From contig CALEGP010000029.1 in the NCBI GenBank assembly GCA_937876245.1, forward strand, positions 44,678 to 108,677: a DNA stretch of 64,000 bases. The letters run 5' to 3'. The notes under the pieces are model-generated. The model searched no databases. It had not been told where the DNA came from and saw only the letters and a list, made by a program, of their open reading frames with translations. The translations under genes were made by a program, and so were the position numbers. This DNA comes from an uncultured Actinomycetes bacterium (GTDB lineage: Bacteria > Actinomycetota > Actinomycetes > Nanopelagicales > Nanopelagicaceae). How positions within the stretch are numbered: the first letter of the stretch is position 1; each line of letters opens with the position of its first letter. Below are positions 16,352 to 26,996 of this stretch, in pieces.

Positions 16352-17662
16352 ATGAAGCTTAAAGTTTCCGTAATTGGTACTGGGTACCTAGGTGCAACGC
16401 ACGCTGCCTGCATGTCGTCCATGGGGTTTGAGGTTGTTGGCATCGATGTTGATGCGCTTAAAATTTCAGCGTTGGCATCGGGCAAAATTCCATTTTACGA
16501 GCCAGATCTCCAAGAACTACTCCAAAAAGAGATTTCCTCGGGGCGCCTCACCTTCAGTACAGATTTCAATTCCATCGCCGATGCAGATGTTCATTTCATC
16601 TGCGTGGGAACTCCTCAGCTGGAAAATTCCTTGGCAGCCGACCTCCAATATATAGATGCTGCCCTGGAGGCCATTGCCCCAATTTGTAAACCAGGATCCC
16701 TCGTAGTTGGTAAATCTACCGTTCCAGTAGGAACTGCTGCTCGGCTTCGCGAGAAATTATTGCGAATTAATCCAGAAGCAGATCTAGCATGGAATCCCGA
16801 GTTCTTGCGTGAAGGATTCGCGGTTGAAGATACATTGCGGCCAAATCGATTAGTTGTTGGAGTCACAAGCGATGCGGCTGAAAATACATTAAAAGAAATT
16901 TATCGAACTAATCTTGAAGCGAAAACCCCATGGGTGCGAGCTGATTTGCCTACCGCTGAACTTGTTAAAGTTGCGGCGAATTCTTTTCTTGCCACGAAAA
17001 TTTCTTTTATTAATGCCATGGCCGAGATTTGTGAAGCTGCTGGCGGCGACGTCACCGTTTTAGCAGAGGCAATTGGCTATGATCCAAGAATCGGTAGTCG
17101 CTTCTTACAAGCAGGAATTGGATTTGGCGGCGGTTGTTTACCTAAAGATATTAGAGCATTTATGGCACGAGCTAGCGAGCTGGGTGCGGATCAAGCTCTA
17201 GAGTTTCTGCGCGAAATTGATTCAATTAACTTGCGTGCCCGACAGAGAGTTATTGAACTGGTACGAAAAGATTTGTCACAAGACTTAACAGGAAAATCAA
17301 TTGCGGTTCTTGGCGCAGCATTTAAACCTGACAGTGACGATGTTCGCGATTCCCCAGCCTTAGATATCGCTGCCCAAATTGCGGCGGCTGGTGCAAAAGT
17401 TACGGTCCATGATCCGAAGGCAATTGCTCCTGCCAAGAAACGATTCCCAGCGCTAAATTACTGCGAAAGCATCGAAGAAACACTGGGAGGTGCAGATTTG
17501 GTACTGCACTTAACTGAGTGGAAAATTTATCGTGAATTAGATCCACTAAAAATGAAATCCTTAGTTGCATCTCCGGTAATAATCGATGGCAGAAATGCTT
17601 TGGACCGTGACGCCTGGGTAGCTGCAGGATGGAAATTCCGAGCGTTGGGACGAACCAATTAA
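16352..17662 (+). CDS. ugd: UDP-glucose 6-dehydrogenase
   Basis: N-terminal VIGTGYLG Rossmann motif and catalytic region GFGGGCLPKD, 436 aa. Confidence 0.85.
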   Translation: MKLKVSVIGTGYLGATHAACMSSMGFEVVGIDVDALKISALASGKIPFYEPDLQELLQKEISSGRLTFSTDFNSIADADVHFICVGTPQLENSLAADLQYIDAALEAIAPICKPGSLVVGKSTVPVGTAARLREKLLRINPEADLAWNPEFLREGFAVEDTLRPNRLVVGVTSDAAENTLKEIYRTNLEAKTPWVRADLPTAELVKVAANSFLATKISFINAMAEICEAAGGDVTVLAEAIGYDPRIGSRFLQAGIGFGGGCLPKDIRAFMARASELGADQALEFLREIDSINLRARQRVIELVRKDLSQDLTGKSIAVLGAAFKPDSDDVRDSPALDIAAQIAAAGAKVTVHDPKAIAPAKKRFPALNYCESIEETLGGADLVLHLTEWKIYRELDPLKMKSLVASPVIIDGRNALDRDAWVAAGWKFRALGRTN

Positions 17663-17681
17663 CGAGAAAGAAATTATCGAT

Positions 17682-18056
17682 TTGGTCCTTGGATTCAAGG
17701 TTTGGGCGATTGTTGGACTTGGTAACAATCCCGATCGTGCGGCATTTGATGTGGCAAAAGTACTCCAAGATAAAGGACACAAAATAATTCCGGTCTATCC
17801 AAAAGCAGAAGTAGTACACGGTGAGGAGGGCTTCAAATCGCTCGCACAGATTCCGGTTTCAGTGGATGTAGTGGATTGTTTTGTAAACTCTAATTTAGTG
17901 GGAAAAGTTGTAGACGAAGCGATAGCTATTGGCGCCAAAGCTGTTTGGCTGCAGTTGGGCGTAATTGATGTCGATGCAATAAATCGGGCTAAAAAGGCAG
18001 GGCTATATACCGTCATGGATCGCTGTCCGGCTATCGAATATGCGGCTCGAAACTAA
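17682..18056 (+). CDS. CoA-binding domain protein (YccU-like)
   Basis: 124 aa with [19 protein letters not shown] and AVWLQLGV motifs. TTG start as reported by the track, so the true start is uncertain. Confidence 0.7.
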   Translation: MVLGFKVWAIVGLGNNPDRAAFDVAKVLQDKGHKIIPVYPKAEVVHGEEGFKSLAQIPVSVDVVDCFVNSNLVGKVVDEAIAIGAKAVWLQLGVIDVDAINRAKKAGLYTVMDRCPAIEYAARN

Positions 18057-18562
18057 AAACCTGTTTTTTGATTACGCCGCGAAGATAAATTTGCGCTTTT
18101 TGCTTTGGCTTCGGTATTAATTTTCACAAGTTCTTCACTCACTTTAGCGCAGACCCTGTCATCACTAATTCCAAGAATTCGTGCTGCGAGTAGTCCAGCA
18201 TTCTTGGCATTACCGACTCCCACAGTTGCAACTGGAATTCCAGCCGGCATTTGAACGATCGAAAGTAATGAATCCATACCATCTAAGTTTTTCAAGGCAA
18301 CTGGCACCCCGATAACAGGCAAAATCGTAAGCGAGGCAACCATTCCGGGCAGATGCGCTGCGCCGCCAGCACCAGCGATTATGACTTTGTATCCCTTGTT
18401 CTTAGCACTCTGTGCGAATTCCACCATTTCAAGAGGCATTCGGTGCGCTGAAATAACTTGTGCTGAATAAGAAATTCCGAGAACCTCCAAAATTTTTGCC
18501 GCATCTTCCATTATCGGCCAATCTGAATCTGATCCCATGATTATGGCTACATCACTCATCAA
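18053..18562 (-). CDS. purE: 5-(carboxyamino)imidazole ribonucleotide mutase
   Basis: [14 protein letters not shown] and [12 protein letters not shown] signatures. Confidence 0.9.
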   Translation of the reverse strand: MMSDVAIIMGSDSDWPIMEDAAKILEVLGISYSAQVISAHRMPLEMVEFAQSAKNKGYKVIIAGAGGAAHLPGMVASLTILPVIGVPVALKNLDGMDSLLSIVQMPAGIPVATVGVGNAKNAGLLAARILGISDDRVCAKVSEELVKINTEAKAKSANLSSRRNQKTGF

Positions 18563-19664
18563 TCACTCCATTCATGTAGTCGACAGCATGGTTAACTTCA
18601 AGTTGTAATTGTAGAAGGTTTTCGCCGCATAATGTAACGTGACCAATCTTGCGTCCAGGCTTAACTTCCTTTCCATACTGATGAAACTTTAATTCTGGTG
18701 TACGAGCCATCAAGTGAAGATAGGGACGATACATATCGCTCTTCTCTCCACCCAAAACATTTCCGACAACGGCATACGAAGTACGCATTTCCGTGCTTCC
18801 CAGCGGTAGATCCAATATTGCTCGAAAGTGCTGTTCGAACTGACTTGTCTGTGAGCCTTCTATTGTCCAGTGCCCTGAGTTATGGGGACGAAGCGCTAAT
18901 TCGTTTATGTAAAAATCATTTCCAACAATAAACATTTCAACAGCCATAACTCCTACCAATGAAATACCAGCAGAAATCTCTAGCGCTGCTGCTTGAACTT
19001 TTCTGGCCAGTTCATCCGATATTTCCGGGGCTGGCGTTATCGTTGAAGTACAAATCCCATTCGTTTGAATAGTCAATGTTGCCGGCCAAGTACACGCCTG
19101 ATTGTGTGGAGATCTGGCAGCCATGACCGATATTTCGTAATCAAAATTTAGTTTCTCCTCAAGAAGCAGGATGCCGGTTTCTTTATGAAGTTCTGTTAAT
19201 TCATAAGCTGAATTTATGACAAATACCCCACGGCCGTCGTACCCACCTGAAGGCAATTTTGCGATAAGAGGAAAGCTAATCTCAATTGCACCGCCGTCAT
19301 ATTTCTGCCATTTTGGGCTTGGCAAATTTAATTCAGTAATCTTTTCCCGCATTTTTAACTTATCTTGCGAATAAATGAAGGAGTCTGACCGGGGATAAAC
19401 TTTGGTGCCAGTCGCCTCAACGGCCTTAATTATGTTTTGTGGAATTAATTCGTGCTCGAAAGTTAAAACATCACAGTCACTAGCAAAAGCCAATACGGAT
19501 TGAGTATCGGTGAAATCTCCCAAGGTAAAGTTTGTAATTTGCGCGGCAGAATCATCTGCAATTGCTGCAAAAACTTTAAAATTAATTCCCAGATCATTTG
19601 CTGGGATAGCCATCATTCGCGCAAGTTGGCCAGCACCGATTACTCCGACTTTAGGAAAGCTCAC
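18552..19664 (-). CDS. purK: 5-(carboxyamino)imidazole ribonucleotide synthase
   Basis: ATP-grasp protein of 370 aa with [14 protein letters not shown]-terminus. 11-nt overlap with purE. Confidence 0.9.
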   Translation of the reverse strand: MSFPKVGVIGAGQLARMMAIPANDLGINFKVFAAIADDSAAQITNFTLGDFTDTQSVLAFASDCDVLTFEHELIPQNIIKAVEATGTKVYPRSDSFIYSQDKLKMREKITELNLPSPKWQKYDGGAIEISFPLIAKLPSGGYDGRGVFVINSAYELTELHKETGILLLEEKLNFDYEISVMAARSPHNQACTWPATLTIQTNGICTSTITPAPEISDELARKVQAAALEISAGISLVGVMAVEMFIVGNDFYINELALRPHNSGHWTIEGSQTSQFEQHFRAILDLPLGSTEMRTSYAVVGNVLGGEKSDMYRPYLHLMARTPELKFHQYGKEVKPGRKIGHVTLCGENLLQLQLEVNHAVDYMNGVIDE

Positions 19665-20431
19665 TAAGAAAGGTTACTGCGTAGATGTACCACATCTCCA
19701 ACTGTAACGGTCTCACCACTGTCTAAGACGAGCGCGCCAGTGCTATCAATGTCAACCGCCATTGCCTGAGTTCTTCTTCCATCGGGATGTTCAACTCGGA
19801 CCGCAAGACCCAATGTTGCGCTCAGATTCCGGTAGGAAGTAATTAACTCCTCGCCACTCTCCCACTTTTGAAGGTCCTGGCTCAGCTTATTTAGGAGATG
19901 AACGAGAAGATCATTTCTATTTACCAACTTGCCGCTCGCAACATATATTGATGAAGAATTTGGAACTGGTAAGTCTGCTTGAATTGTTGAGACATTGATA
20001 CCAATTCCAACTATGACACCGTTTTTAGTTTTCTCAGCTAAGAGGCCGGCGATTTTTGCTTCACCGAAGACAATGTCATTCGGCCATTTACATTTAAACA
20101 ATTGCGAACCTACTATTTCATTTAACACTTGCGCGACGCCGGAGCCCACCAATAGGGACAAGTATCCAATTTCCTCGATTTTGATTTTTGGCTCAACATA
20201 AAATGAAAAAAGGAGAGCGCTATATTTTTTTGCAAGAAAAGTTCGATCAAGCCGGCCACGACCCGAGCTTTGGTACTCAGCAGTAATTAAATCCCCGTGC
20301 TTTGGAATTGAATCGCGTAATTTATTCTGAGTTGAATCGACCTCATCAAAGACCGATACCCGCCAGTAACTATTAGGTAACGCCTCTGTTATAGCTTTCG
20401 CATCTAACAACTCTGGCTTCACTGGCTTCAT
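19664..20431 (-). CDS. birA: Biotin--[acetyl-CoA-carboxylase] ligase (group I, no HTH)
   Basis: QSSGRGRLDRTF (GRGRxxR) motif and KWPNDI motif. Divergent from accD as at Rv3279c/Rv3280. Confidence 0.8.
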   Translation of the reverse strand: MKPVKPELLDAKAITEALPNSYWRVSVFDEVDSTQNKLRDSIPKHGDLITAEYQSSGRGRLDRTFLAKKYSALLFSFYVEPKIKIEEIGYLSLLVGSGVAQVLNEIVGSQLFKCKWPNDIVFGEAKIAGLLAEKTKNGVIVGIGINVSTIQADLPVPNSSSIYVASGKLVNRNDLLVHLLNKLSQDLQKWESGEELITSYRNLSATLGLAVRVEHPDGRRTQAMAVDIDSTGALVLDSGETVTVGDVVHLRSNLS

Positions 20432-20485
20432 ACTCGTTTCATTAGTTATGTAGGAATAATCTCACGGAACTAGTAACCTACGACC

Positions 20486-22057
20486 GTGACTGATGATATT
20501 CGTACAACAGCGGAAAAGATTGCAGATCTTCGCAGGCGTCGCTTGCTTGCTGAAACGACTGGTACGCCAGCAGCAATTGAGAAGCGTCGCGCCCAGGGCA
20601 AGCTAACGGCACGAGAGCGAGTAGCTCGATTGGTAGATGCTGGTTCTTTCGTCGAGATGGATGCTTTCTCTAGGCACAGATCTTCAAATTTTGGGATGGA
20701 ACAGAATCGAATTTATGGCGATGGTGTTGTAACTGGCCATGCAACGGTTGATGGTCGCCCGATTGCAATTTACTCGCAGGATTTCTTAACTTTTGGTGGA
20801 AGTCTTGGCGAAGTCGTGGGGGAAAAAATTGTAAAGGTGATGGAGTTCGCGCTTAAGAGTGGGATTCCGATTGTCGGATTAAATGATTCAGGAGGTGCAC
20901 GAATTCAAGAAGGCGTTGCCTCTCTGAGCCAATACGGCGAAATATTCAAACGAAATGTCCGCGCATCTGGTGTGATCCCCCAAATTTCCTTAATCCTCGG
21001 TCCTACTGCCGGAGGCGCCGTTTACTCTCCGGCCATTACAGATTTTGTGATTATGGTGAATCAAACTTCGCAAATGTTCATAACTGGACCAGATGTTATT
21101 AAAGCTGTTACTGGCGAAGAGGTTGAAATGGAAGCTCTTGGTGGTGCGCGCACGCACAATACTAAGACTGGAAATTCTCATTATCTTGCCGAGAGCGAAG
21201 ATGATGCCCTTGATTATGCAAAAGCGCTTCTCTCATATTTGCCAAGTAATAACATGGATGAAGCTCCCGTACTACCTGCAACCGAAAGTAACGATATAGC
21301 ACCTTCCGACCGCGCTCTAAATTCACTGATTCCTGATAATCCAAATAAGCCATACGATATGAAAGCGCTTATTGAAGCCATCTTGGATGAATCAGATTTC
21401 CTGGAAGTCCATACGCTATTTGCCCCAAATATTTTGGTTGGTTTTGGCAGAGTTGAAGGACATTCTGTAGGAATAGTTGCAAATCAACCGCAAGCACTTG
21501 CCGGAACTCTCGATATTGCTGCCAGCGAAAAGGCAGCGCGCTTCGTACGAACCTGTGATGCTTTTGGTATCCCAATTATTACTTTGGTGGATGTGCCAGG
21601 ATTCTTACCTGGAACGGAGCAAGAATGGAACGGAATAATTCGCCGCGGAGCCAAATTGCTCTACGCATATGGCGAGGCAACCGTTCCCCTTATCACTGTT
21701 ATTACCCGCAAAGCATATGGTGGGGCATATATCGTTATGGGCTCCAAGCACCTTGGCGCTGATGTAAATCTGGCTTGGCCAACCGCGCAAATTGCGGTCA
21801 TGGGAGCGCAGGGCGCAGTAAATATTTTGCACCGAAAAGAACTTGCTGAAGCCGAAGATGGTGATGCAACTCGAAAAGACTTGATTAAGGATTATGAAGA
21901 GACTCTACTAAATCCATATATCGCGGCAGACCGTGGATTTATCGACGCAGTTATCGAACCCCAAGAGACGCGTCATCAAATTGTTAAAGCGTTAAACGCG
22001 CTTCGCAACAAACGAGTTGCACTGCCGCCACGCAAACATGGAAATATTCCACTCTAG
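20486..22057 (+). CDS. accD5: Acyl-CoA (propionyl/acetyl-CoA) carboxylase carboxyltransferase beta subunit
   Basis: 523 aa, carboxyltransferase N and C domains ([18 protein letters not shown]). GTG start. Confidence 0.9.
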   Translation: MTDDIRTTAEKIADLRRRRLLAETTGTPAAIEKRRAQGKLTARERVARLVDAGSFVEMDAFSRHRSSNFGMEQNRIYGDGVVTGHATVDGRPIAIYSQDFLTFGGSLGEVVGEKIVKVMEFALKSGIPIVGLNDSGGARIQEGVASLSQYGEIFKRNVRASGVIPQISLILGPTAGGAVYSPAITDFVIMVNQTSQMFITGPDVIKAVTGEEVEMEALGGARTHNTKTGNSHYLAESEDDALDYAKALLSYLPSNNMDEAPVLPATESNDIAPSDRALNSLIPDNPNKPYDMKALIEAILDESDFLEVHTLFAPNILVGFGRVEGHSVGIVANQPQALAGTLDIAASEKAARFVRTCDAFGIPIITLVDVPGFLPGTEQEWNGIIRRGAKLLYAYGEATVPLITVITRKAYGGAYIVMGSKHLGADVNLAWPTAQIAVMGAQGAVNILHRKELAEAEDGDATRKDLIKDYEETLLNPYIAADRGFIDAVIEPQETRHQIVKALNALRNKRVALPPRKHGNIPL

Positions 22058-22224
22058 TGAATTCAAAATTTACGATCCTAAATGGAACTGCATCAGAAGA
22101 AGAGTTGGCTGCGCTGGAAATTGCCCTTCCTGTCCCCGTCATTAAAAAGGTGGAAACTGCAAGCCTCTGGCGCAAATCTCAAATTCGACAACCCCTTCCG
22201 CGTAAGTGGGGGCAGAGTTTCTAA
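22057..22224 (+). CDS. accE: Acyl-CoA carboxylase epsilon subunit, 55 aa; absent from the ORF track
   Basis: GTG overlapping the accD5 stop (TAGTG) opens [55 protein letters not shown]. The (V/I)xxGxxxxEELAAL core and Trp-containing tail fit AccE/PccE. Its TAA overlaps the maf ATG (TAATG). Confidence 0.65.
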   Translation: MNSKFTILNGTASEEELAALEIALPVPVIKKVETASLWRKSQIRQPLPRKWGQSF

Positions 22225-22844
22225 TGGCAGATATCCGAAGCGTAGTTTTGGCATCGGCTTCGCCATCTAGAAAAAAACTACTGGACTCCTGTGGAATTTC
22301 TGCAGATGTAATTGTGAGTAATGTCAATGAGGACGATCCAAAACTTGCTTCCTTAGCTCCGCGGGAGATGGTAATAGCACTGGCAATTCTCAAAGCGCAT
22401 ACCGTCAAAAAATCGGTAGGAAATGAACATTTAATTATTGGTTGCGATTCCACCTTTGAATTCAATGGAAAATCTCTAGGTAAGCCTCTCACTGAAGAAG
22501 TTGCAACTGCTCGCTGCAAAGAGTTGCGGGGCAATTTCGGATACCTACATACCGGACACAGCATTATTGACACAAAACAGGAAATTGAAATAACCGACCT
22601 TTCAACTTCAAAAGTATTTTTTGCCGAGATGACTGATGCTGAAATAGCAAATTATGTTGCGACGGGTGAACCGCTGAATGTAGCTGGTGGTTTTACTCTC
22701 GATGGTTACAGCGCGCCCTTCATAAGCCGAATCGAAGGCGACCCTTCAGGCATTATTGGACTCTCGCTTCCACTCCTCCGCAGAGTTGTAAATTCACTTG
22801 GCCTTCCTTGGAGCGCTATCTCAAGAACGGCGGTATCGCCATGA
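22224..22844 (+). CDS. maf: Maf-like nucleoside triphosphate pyrophosphatase
   Basis: [15 protein letters not shown]-terminal Maf signature. Start set at ATG 22224 (MADIRS...). Confidence 0.85.
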   Translation: MADIRSVVLASASPSRKKLLDSCGISADVIVSNVNEDDPKLASLAPREMVIALAILKAHTVKKSVGNEHLIIGCDSTFEFNGKSLGKPLTEEVATARCKELRGNFGYLHTGHSIIDTKQEIEITDLSTSKVFFAEMTDAEIANYVATGEPLNVAGGFTLDGYSAPFISRIEGDPSGIIGLSLPLLRRVVNSLGLPWSAISRTAVSP

Positions 22845-24556
22845 AAGTTGTTTTGATTGCTAACCGCGGTGAGATCGCAGTTCGTGTGGCCCGTGCTGCC
22901 CGTGACCATGGAATTAAATCGATCGCTATTTATTCCGATGAGGACCGAACCTCCCTGCATGTCGCAACAGCTGACGAGGCATACGCGCTTAACGGGTTAT
23001 CTGCAGCTGAAACTTATTTAGACCAGAATAAAATTATTGAAATTGCCAAGAAATCTGGCGCTGATGCTGTTCATCCCGGCTATGGATTTCTCTCTGAGAA
23101 TGCTGATTTTGCTGATCGTGTTATTAAAGCTGGACTTATTTGGATTGGCCCTCCCCCAAATGCAATCAGATTGCTGGGGGATAAAGTATCAGCCCGAAAA
23201 ATTGCCGCTGAAGTAGGCGCTCCTCTAGTCGCCGGAACAATTGATCCGGTCGATTCGCCGGAGGAAATTATTGCTTTCGCCAAGGAACATGGCCTCCCGG
23301 TTGCAATAAAAGCGGCACATGGTGGTGGCGGTCGAGGCCTCAAAGTCGCAAAAACTATTGAAGAGATTCCAGAATTATTTGCTTCCGCAGTTCGTGAAGC
23401 GATTACCGGTTTTGGTCGTGGTGAATGCTTCGTTGAACGTTACTTGGACAAGCCAAGACATGTTGAAACTCAAGTTTTAATCGATGCCAAGGGGAACGCA
23501 ATTGTTGTAAGCACACGTGACTGCTCTTTACAACGTCGCCATCAAAAATTGATTGAGGAAGCCCCTGCGCCTTTCTTAACTGAAGCCCAAATTACTCAAC
23601 TTTATTCTTCCAGCAAGGCAATTATGAAAAAGGCTGGCTACGTCGGAGCTGGAACTTGTGAGTTTTTAATTGGCTCTGATGGAACTATTTCATTCCTTGA
23701 AGTTAATACTCGACTTCAAGTTGAGCACCCAGTAAGTGAAGAAGTTACAGGCTTAGATTTAGTTCGGGAGCAATTTAGAATTGCGGATGGTCAGAGCATA
23801 AATCCTGTGGACCCAGTCGTTCGTGGCCACAGTATTGAGTTCAGAATTAATGGCGAGGATCCTGGAAAAGGCTTTCTTCCCTCACTTGGAACTATTACTA
23901 AGTGGGAAGTTCCATCCGGCCCAGGAGTTCGTATTGATGCTGGCTTTGATCATGGCCACACTATTGGTTCTCACTTTGATTCTCTTCTAGCTAAATTGAT
24001 TATCACAGCAGCTACTCGAGAAGAGGCTATCGAGCGAGCTCGGCGAGCCCTGCGGGAGTTTGATATCGGTGGCCTTGCAACTGCGCTTCCGTTCCACCGG
24101 GCGATAGTTGAAGATCCAAACTTCATCAAGGATTTCAAGGTTTACACGAGTTATATCGAAAATGAATTTAGGAATGAGATTCCACCGTTCTCATTCAAGC
24201 AGGGCACTGCCGACTCGCAAGCAGCTTCGCAGAAAATTATTGCTGAAGTCGAGGGCCATCGCTTCGAAGTATTACTTCACACCCCGGAGCCAATTCAAAA
24301 GCGCCATCGGGTAAAGAGCAATGCAATCACGGCTCTAGCCGGTGATTCTCTGGAGAGCCCTATGCAAGGAACTGTCGTCAAGATTCTGAAGTCAAATGGT
24401 CACCGGGTCGAAGTTGGCGATCTGATCGTTATTCTTGAAGCCATGAAGATGGAACAGCCACTAATTGCACACAAACGCGGGACAATTTCCAAATTACAAG
24501 TGGCTGTTGGGCAGACAGTTGCTAGTGGCGCCACTTTATGCCTTATCGAGGACTAA
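22841..24556 (+). CDS. accA3: Acetyl/propionyl-CoA carboxylase alpha subunit (biotin carboxylase + BCCP)
   Basis: [16 protein letters not shown]-terminus, ATP-grasp core, C-terminal biotinylation motif EAMKME. ATGA overlap with maf. Confidence 0.9.
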   Translation: MKVVLIANRGEIAVRVARAARDHGIKSIAIYSDEDRTSLHVATADEAYALNGLSAAETYLDQNKIIEIAKKSGADAVHPGYGFLSENADFADRVIKAGLIWIGPPPNAIRLLGDKVSARKIAAEVGAPLVAGTIDPVDSPEEIIAFAKEHGLPVAIKAAHGGGGRGLKVAKTIEEIPELFASAVREAITGFGRGECFVERYLDKPRHVETQVLIDAKGNAIVVSTRDCSLQRRHQKLIEEAPAPFLTEAQITQLYSSSKAIMKKAGYVGAGTCEFLIGSDGTISFLEVNTRLQVEHPVSEEVTGLDLVREQFRIADGQSINPVDPVVRGHSIEFRINGEDPGKGFLPSLGTITKWEVPSGPGVRIDAGFDHGHTIGSHFDSLLAKLIITAATREEAIERARRALREFDIGGLATALPFHRAIVEDPNFIKDFKVYTSYIENEFRNEIPPFSFKQGTADSQAASQKIIAEVEGHRFEVLLHTPEPIQKRHRVKSNAITALAGDSLESPMQGTVVKILKSNGHRVEVGDLIVILEAMKMEQPLIAHKRGTISKLQVAVGQTVASGATLCLIED

Positions 24557-24579
24557 CACCTGAGTGATAGATTTATACA

Positions 24580-25527
24580 GTGAATTCAACTCTGCTTACC
24601 GATAACAGCGAAGTCTCTCTAAAAAAATTCCTTAGAGCCCTGCCCGCTGTTGATCAGGTAGGCGCCTCGGTCCGTGTAGAAATGCTTGCAACACGGAGCA
24701 TTAAAACTTCGAGCAAAAATTGGGCTATTGATCTAGCAATCCAAATGGTTGATTTAACAACTCTTGAAGGTTCAGATACTCCTGGAAAAGTGAGAGCGCT
24801 CTGCGCTAAAGCTGTCTATCCGGATCCGACTGACCTTACAGTTCCCTCTGTTGGTGCAATTTGTGTCTACAACGATATGGTGAAAATTGCGAGAGAAGCG
24901 CTGGACGCTGGTGGCGGTAAAAACATTCCGGTGGCCGCAGTCGCAACTGCATTTCCTTCGGGACGGGCAAGTATGGAAGTTAAGATTCAAGATACCAAAG
25001 ATGCGATTGCCAATGGCGCAGGAGAGATTGACATGGTTATAGATCGTGGCGCCTTTCTGGCGGGAAATCTTGGGTTAGTTTTCGATGAGATTAAATTAAT
25101 TAAGGAAATTTGCGGCGATAAAGCACATTTAAAAGTAATTCTGGAAACGGGTGAACTTGTGACTCTGGATAATGTCCGCAAAGCTTCCTATCTGGCTATG
25201 TTAGCTGGAGCAGACTTTATTAAGACTAGTACTGGAAAAATTGCGCCTGCTGCAACAGCTCCTGTTGTATATGTGATGCTCGAAGCAGTTCGTGATTTCT
25301 ACAAAATGACCGGAGTTCGAGTTGGCGTTAAACCGGCTGGTGGAATCAGAACTACTAAAGATGCGATCAAACAACTTGTTTTGGTCAACGAAGTGGCAGG
25401 GGCAGAATGGCTCAACCCAAATCTTTTCCGAATTGGTGCCAGCGCTCTGCTTAATGATTTACTCATGCAGCGTATGAAAATGCGCGATGGGTATTACGCT
25501 AGCCCAAATTACGTAACTCTGGATTAA
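24580..25527 (+). CDS. deoC: Deoxyribose-phosphate aldolase (long actinobacterial form)
   Basis: 315 aa. DMVI and FIKTSTGK (Schiff-base lysine) motifs. GTG start. Confidence 0.85.
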   Translation: MNSTLLTDNSEVSLKKFLRALPAVDQVGASVRVEMLATRSIKTSSKNWAIDLAIQMVDLTTLEGSDTPGKVRALCAKAVYPDPTDLTVPSVGAICVYNDMVKIAREALDAGGGKNIPVAAVATAFPSGRASMEVKIQDTKDAIANGAGEIDMVIDRGAFLAGNLGLVFDEIKLIKEICGDKAHLKVILETGELVTLDNVRKASYLAMLAGADFIKTSTGKIAPAATAPVVYVMLEAVRDFYKMTGVRVGVKPAGGIRTTKDAIKQLVLVNEVAGAEWLNPNLFRIGASALLNDLLMQRMKMRDGYYASPNYVTLD

Positions 25528-25543
25528 TGAGACTGATTAAGAG

Positions 25544-26995
25544 ATGAGCAATGTGAATAAGTTCGAATACGCCCCAGCCCCTGAGTCATCTGCGCTCGTA
25601 GATATTAAATCCGAGTATGGACTTTTTATTAATGGAAAGTTTGTTGCACCTAAGTCAGGCAAGACTTTCATCACCATCAACCCGGCAACCGAAGAGGTCC
25701 TCAGCAAGATCGCCTATGCCGAGCTTGCTGATGTAAATCTTGCTGTGGCAGCAGCAAGGGGTGCCTTTACAAAAACTTGGTCAAAGATGCCTCCGGCTGA
25801 ACGAGGAAAATATTTATTTAAAATTGCCCGGATTTTGCAGGAACGCACACGTGAATTCGCCGTCCTTGAGACTTTAGATAATGGAAAGCCAATTCGCGAG
25901 ACCAGAGATACAGATATCCCGCTCGCTGCTGCCCATTTTTTCTATCATGCAGGCTGGGCAGACAAACTTTCATATGCTGGCCTTGGGCAAAATCCAAAAC
26001 CATATGGCGTTGCAGTACAAATAATTCCTTGGAATTTTCCTATGCTTATGTTGGCTTGGAAAATTGCACCCGCTCTTGCAGCTGGAAATACTGTTGTTCT
26101 GAAACCTGCGGAAACCACACCGCTCACAGCGCTCCTATTTGCTGAAGTTTGCCAACAGGCGGGCTTGCCGGCAGGGGTTGTAAATATTATTACTGGAGAT
26201 GGAGCTACTGGATCGCTTCTGGTAAACCATCCTGACGTAGATAAGGTGGCGTTCACTGGCTCAACTGGCGTTGGAAAAGCGATTGCCAAAGCCATTGCTG
26301 GGAGTAAGAAGAGTGCGACTCTTGAGCTAGGTGGCAAAGGTGCAAATATAGTTTTCGAGGATGCAGCTATTGATGAAGCTGTTGAAGGAATAGTTAATGG
26401 AATTTTCTTCAACCAGGGTCACGTTTGTTGTGCAGGATCTAGGCTCTTAATTCAGGAGAATATTCAAGATGAGCTTCTTGAGAAGTTAAAGGAGCGAATA
26501 AATCTAATTCGTATCGGCAATCCAATGGATAAGAATACTGACCTTGGTGCGATCAACAGCGCTGCTCAGCTAGGGCGAATAAAAGCTCTGGCTGATTCGG
26601 GAGATATCGAAGGTGCCATGCGTTGGAGTCCAAGTTGCACACTTCCAACTGCAGGCTTCTGGTATCCGCCAACAATTTTCACCGGAGTTTCACAATCACA
26701 TCGAATCGCCCGCGAAGAAATCTTCGGACCAGTTCTTTCAGTCTTAACCTTTCGAACGCCACAAGAAGCAATTGAAAAGGCCAATAACACGCCTTTCGGG
26801 CTCTCTGCGGGAATCTGGACTGACAAAGGTTCTAAGATCCTTTGGACGGCGAAGAGGCTACGTGCAGGCGTTATTTGGGCAAACACTTTTAACAAATTCG
26901 ATCCAGCCAGTCCATTTGGCGGATATAAAGAGTCTGGCTGGGGTCGAGAAGGCGGACGACATGGTTTGTCCGGTTATCTAAAGGGAGATAATTAA
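25544..26995 (+). CDS. NAD(P)-dependent aldehyde dehydrogenase
   Basis: 483 aa with the complete motif set: PWNFP, FTGSTGVGK, ELGGKG, catalytic FFNQGHVCCAGSR, EEIFGPV. Confidence 0.9.
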   Translation: MSNVNKFEYAPAPESSALVDIKSEYGLFINGKFVAPKSGKTFITINPATEEVLSKIAYAELADVNLAVAAARGAFTKTWSKMPPAERGKYLFKIARILQERTREFAVLETLDNGKPIRETRDTDIPLAAAHFFYHAGWADKLSYAGLGQNPKPYGVAVQIIPWNFPMLMLAWKIAPALAAGNTVVLKPAETTPLTALLFAEVCQQAGLPAGVVNIITGDGATGSLLVNHPDVDKVAFTGSTGVGKAIAKAIAGSKKSATLELGGKGANIVFEDAAIDEAVEGIVNGIFFNQGHVCCAGSRLLIQENIQDELLEKLKERINLIRIGNPMDKNTDLGAINSAAQLGRIKALADSGDIEGAMRWSPSCTLPTAGFWYPPTIFTGVSQSHRIAREEIFGPVLSVLTFRTPQEAIEKANNTPFGLSAGIWTDKGSKILWTAKRLRAGVIWANTFNKFDPASPFGGYKESGWGREGGRHGLSGYLKGDN

Positions 26996-26996
26996 A

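Noticed and set aside
15317-16485. Long N-terminal extensions of the SpoIID (to 15499) and GT2 (to 16485) track ORFs
   Set aside because: The extensions run into the neighbouring genes (GT2 and the divergent ugd). Internal ATGs give a signal peptide (SpoIID) and a canonical GT-A start (GT2) with an ATGA overlap.
22082-22270. Track ORF of 62 aa (MELHQKKSWLRW...) between accD5 and maf
   Set aside because: It is out of frame with the AccE-like reading frame, which has recognisable motifs and start/stop coupling. It also overlaps the maf start.
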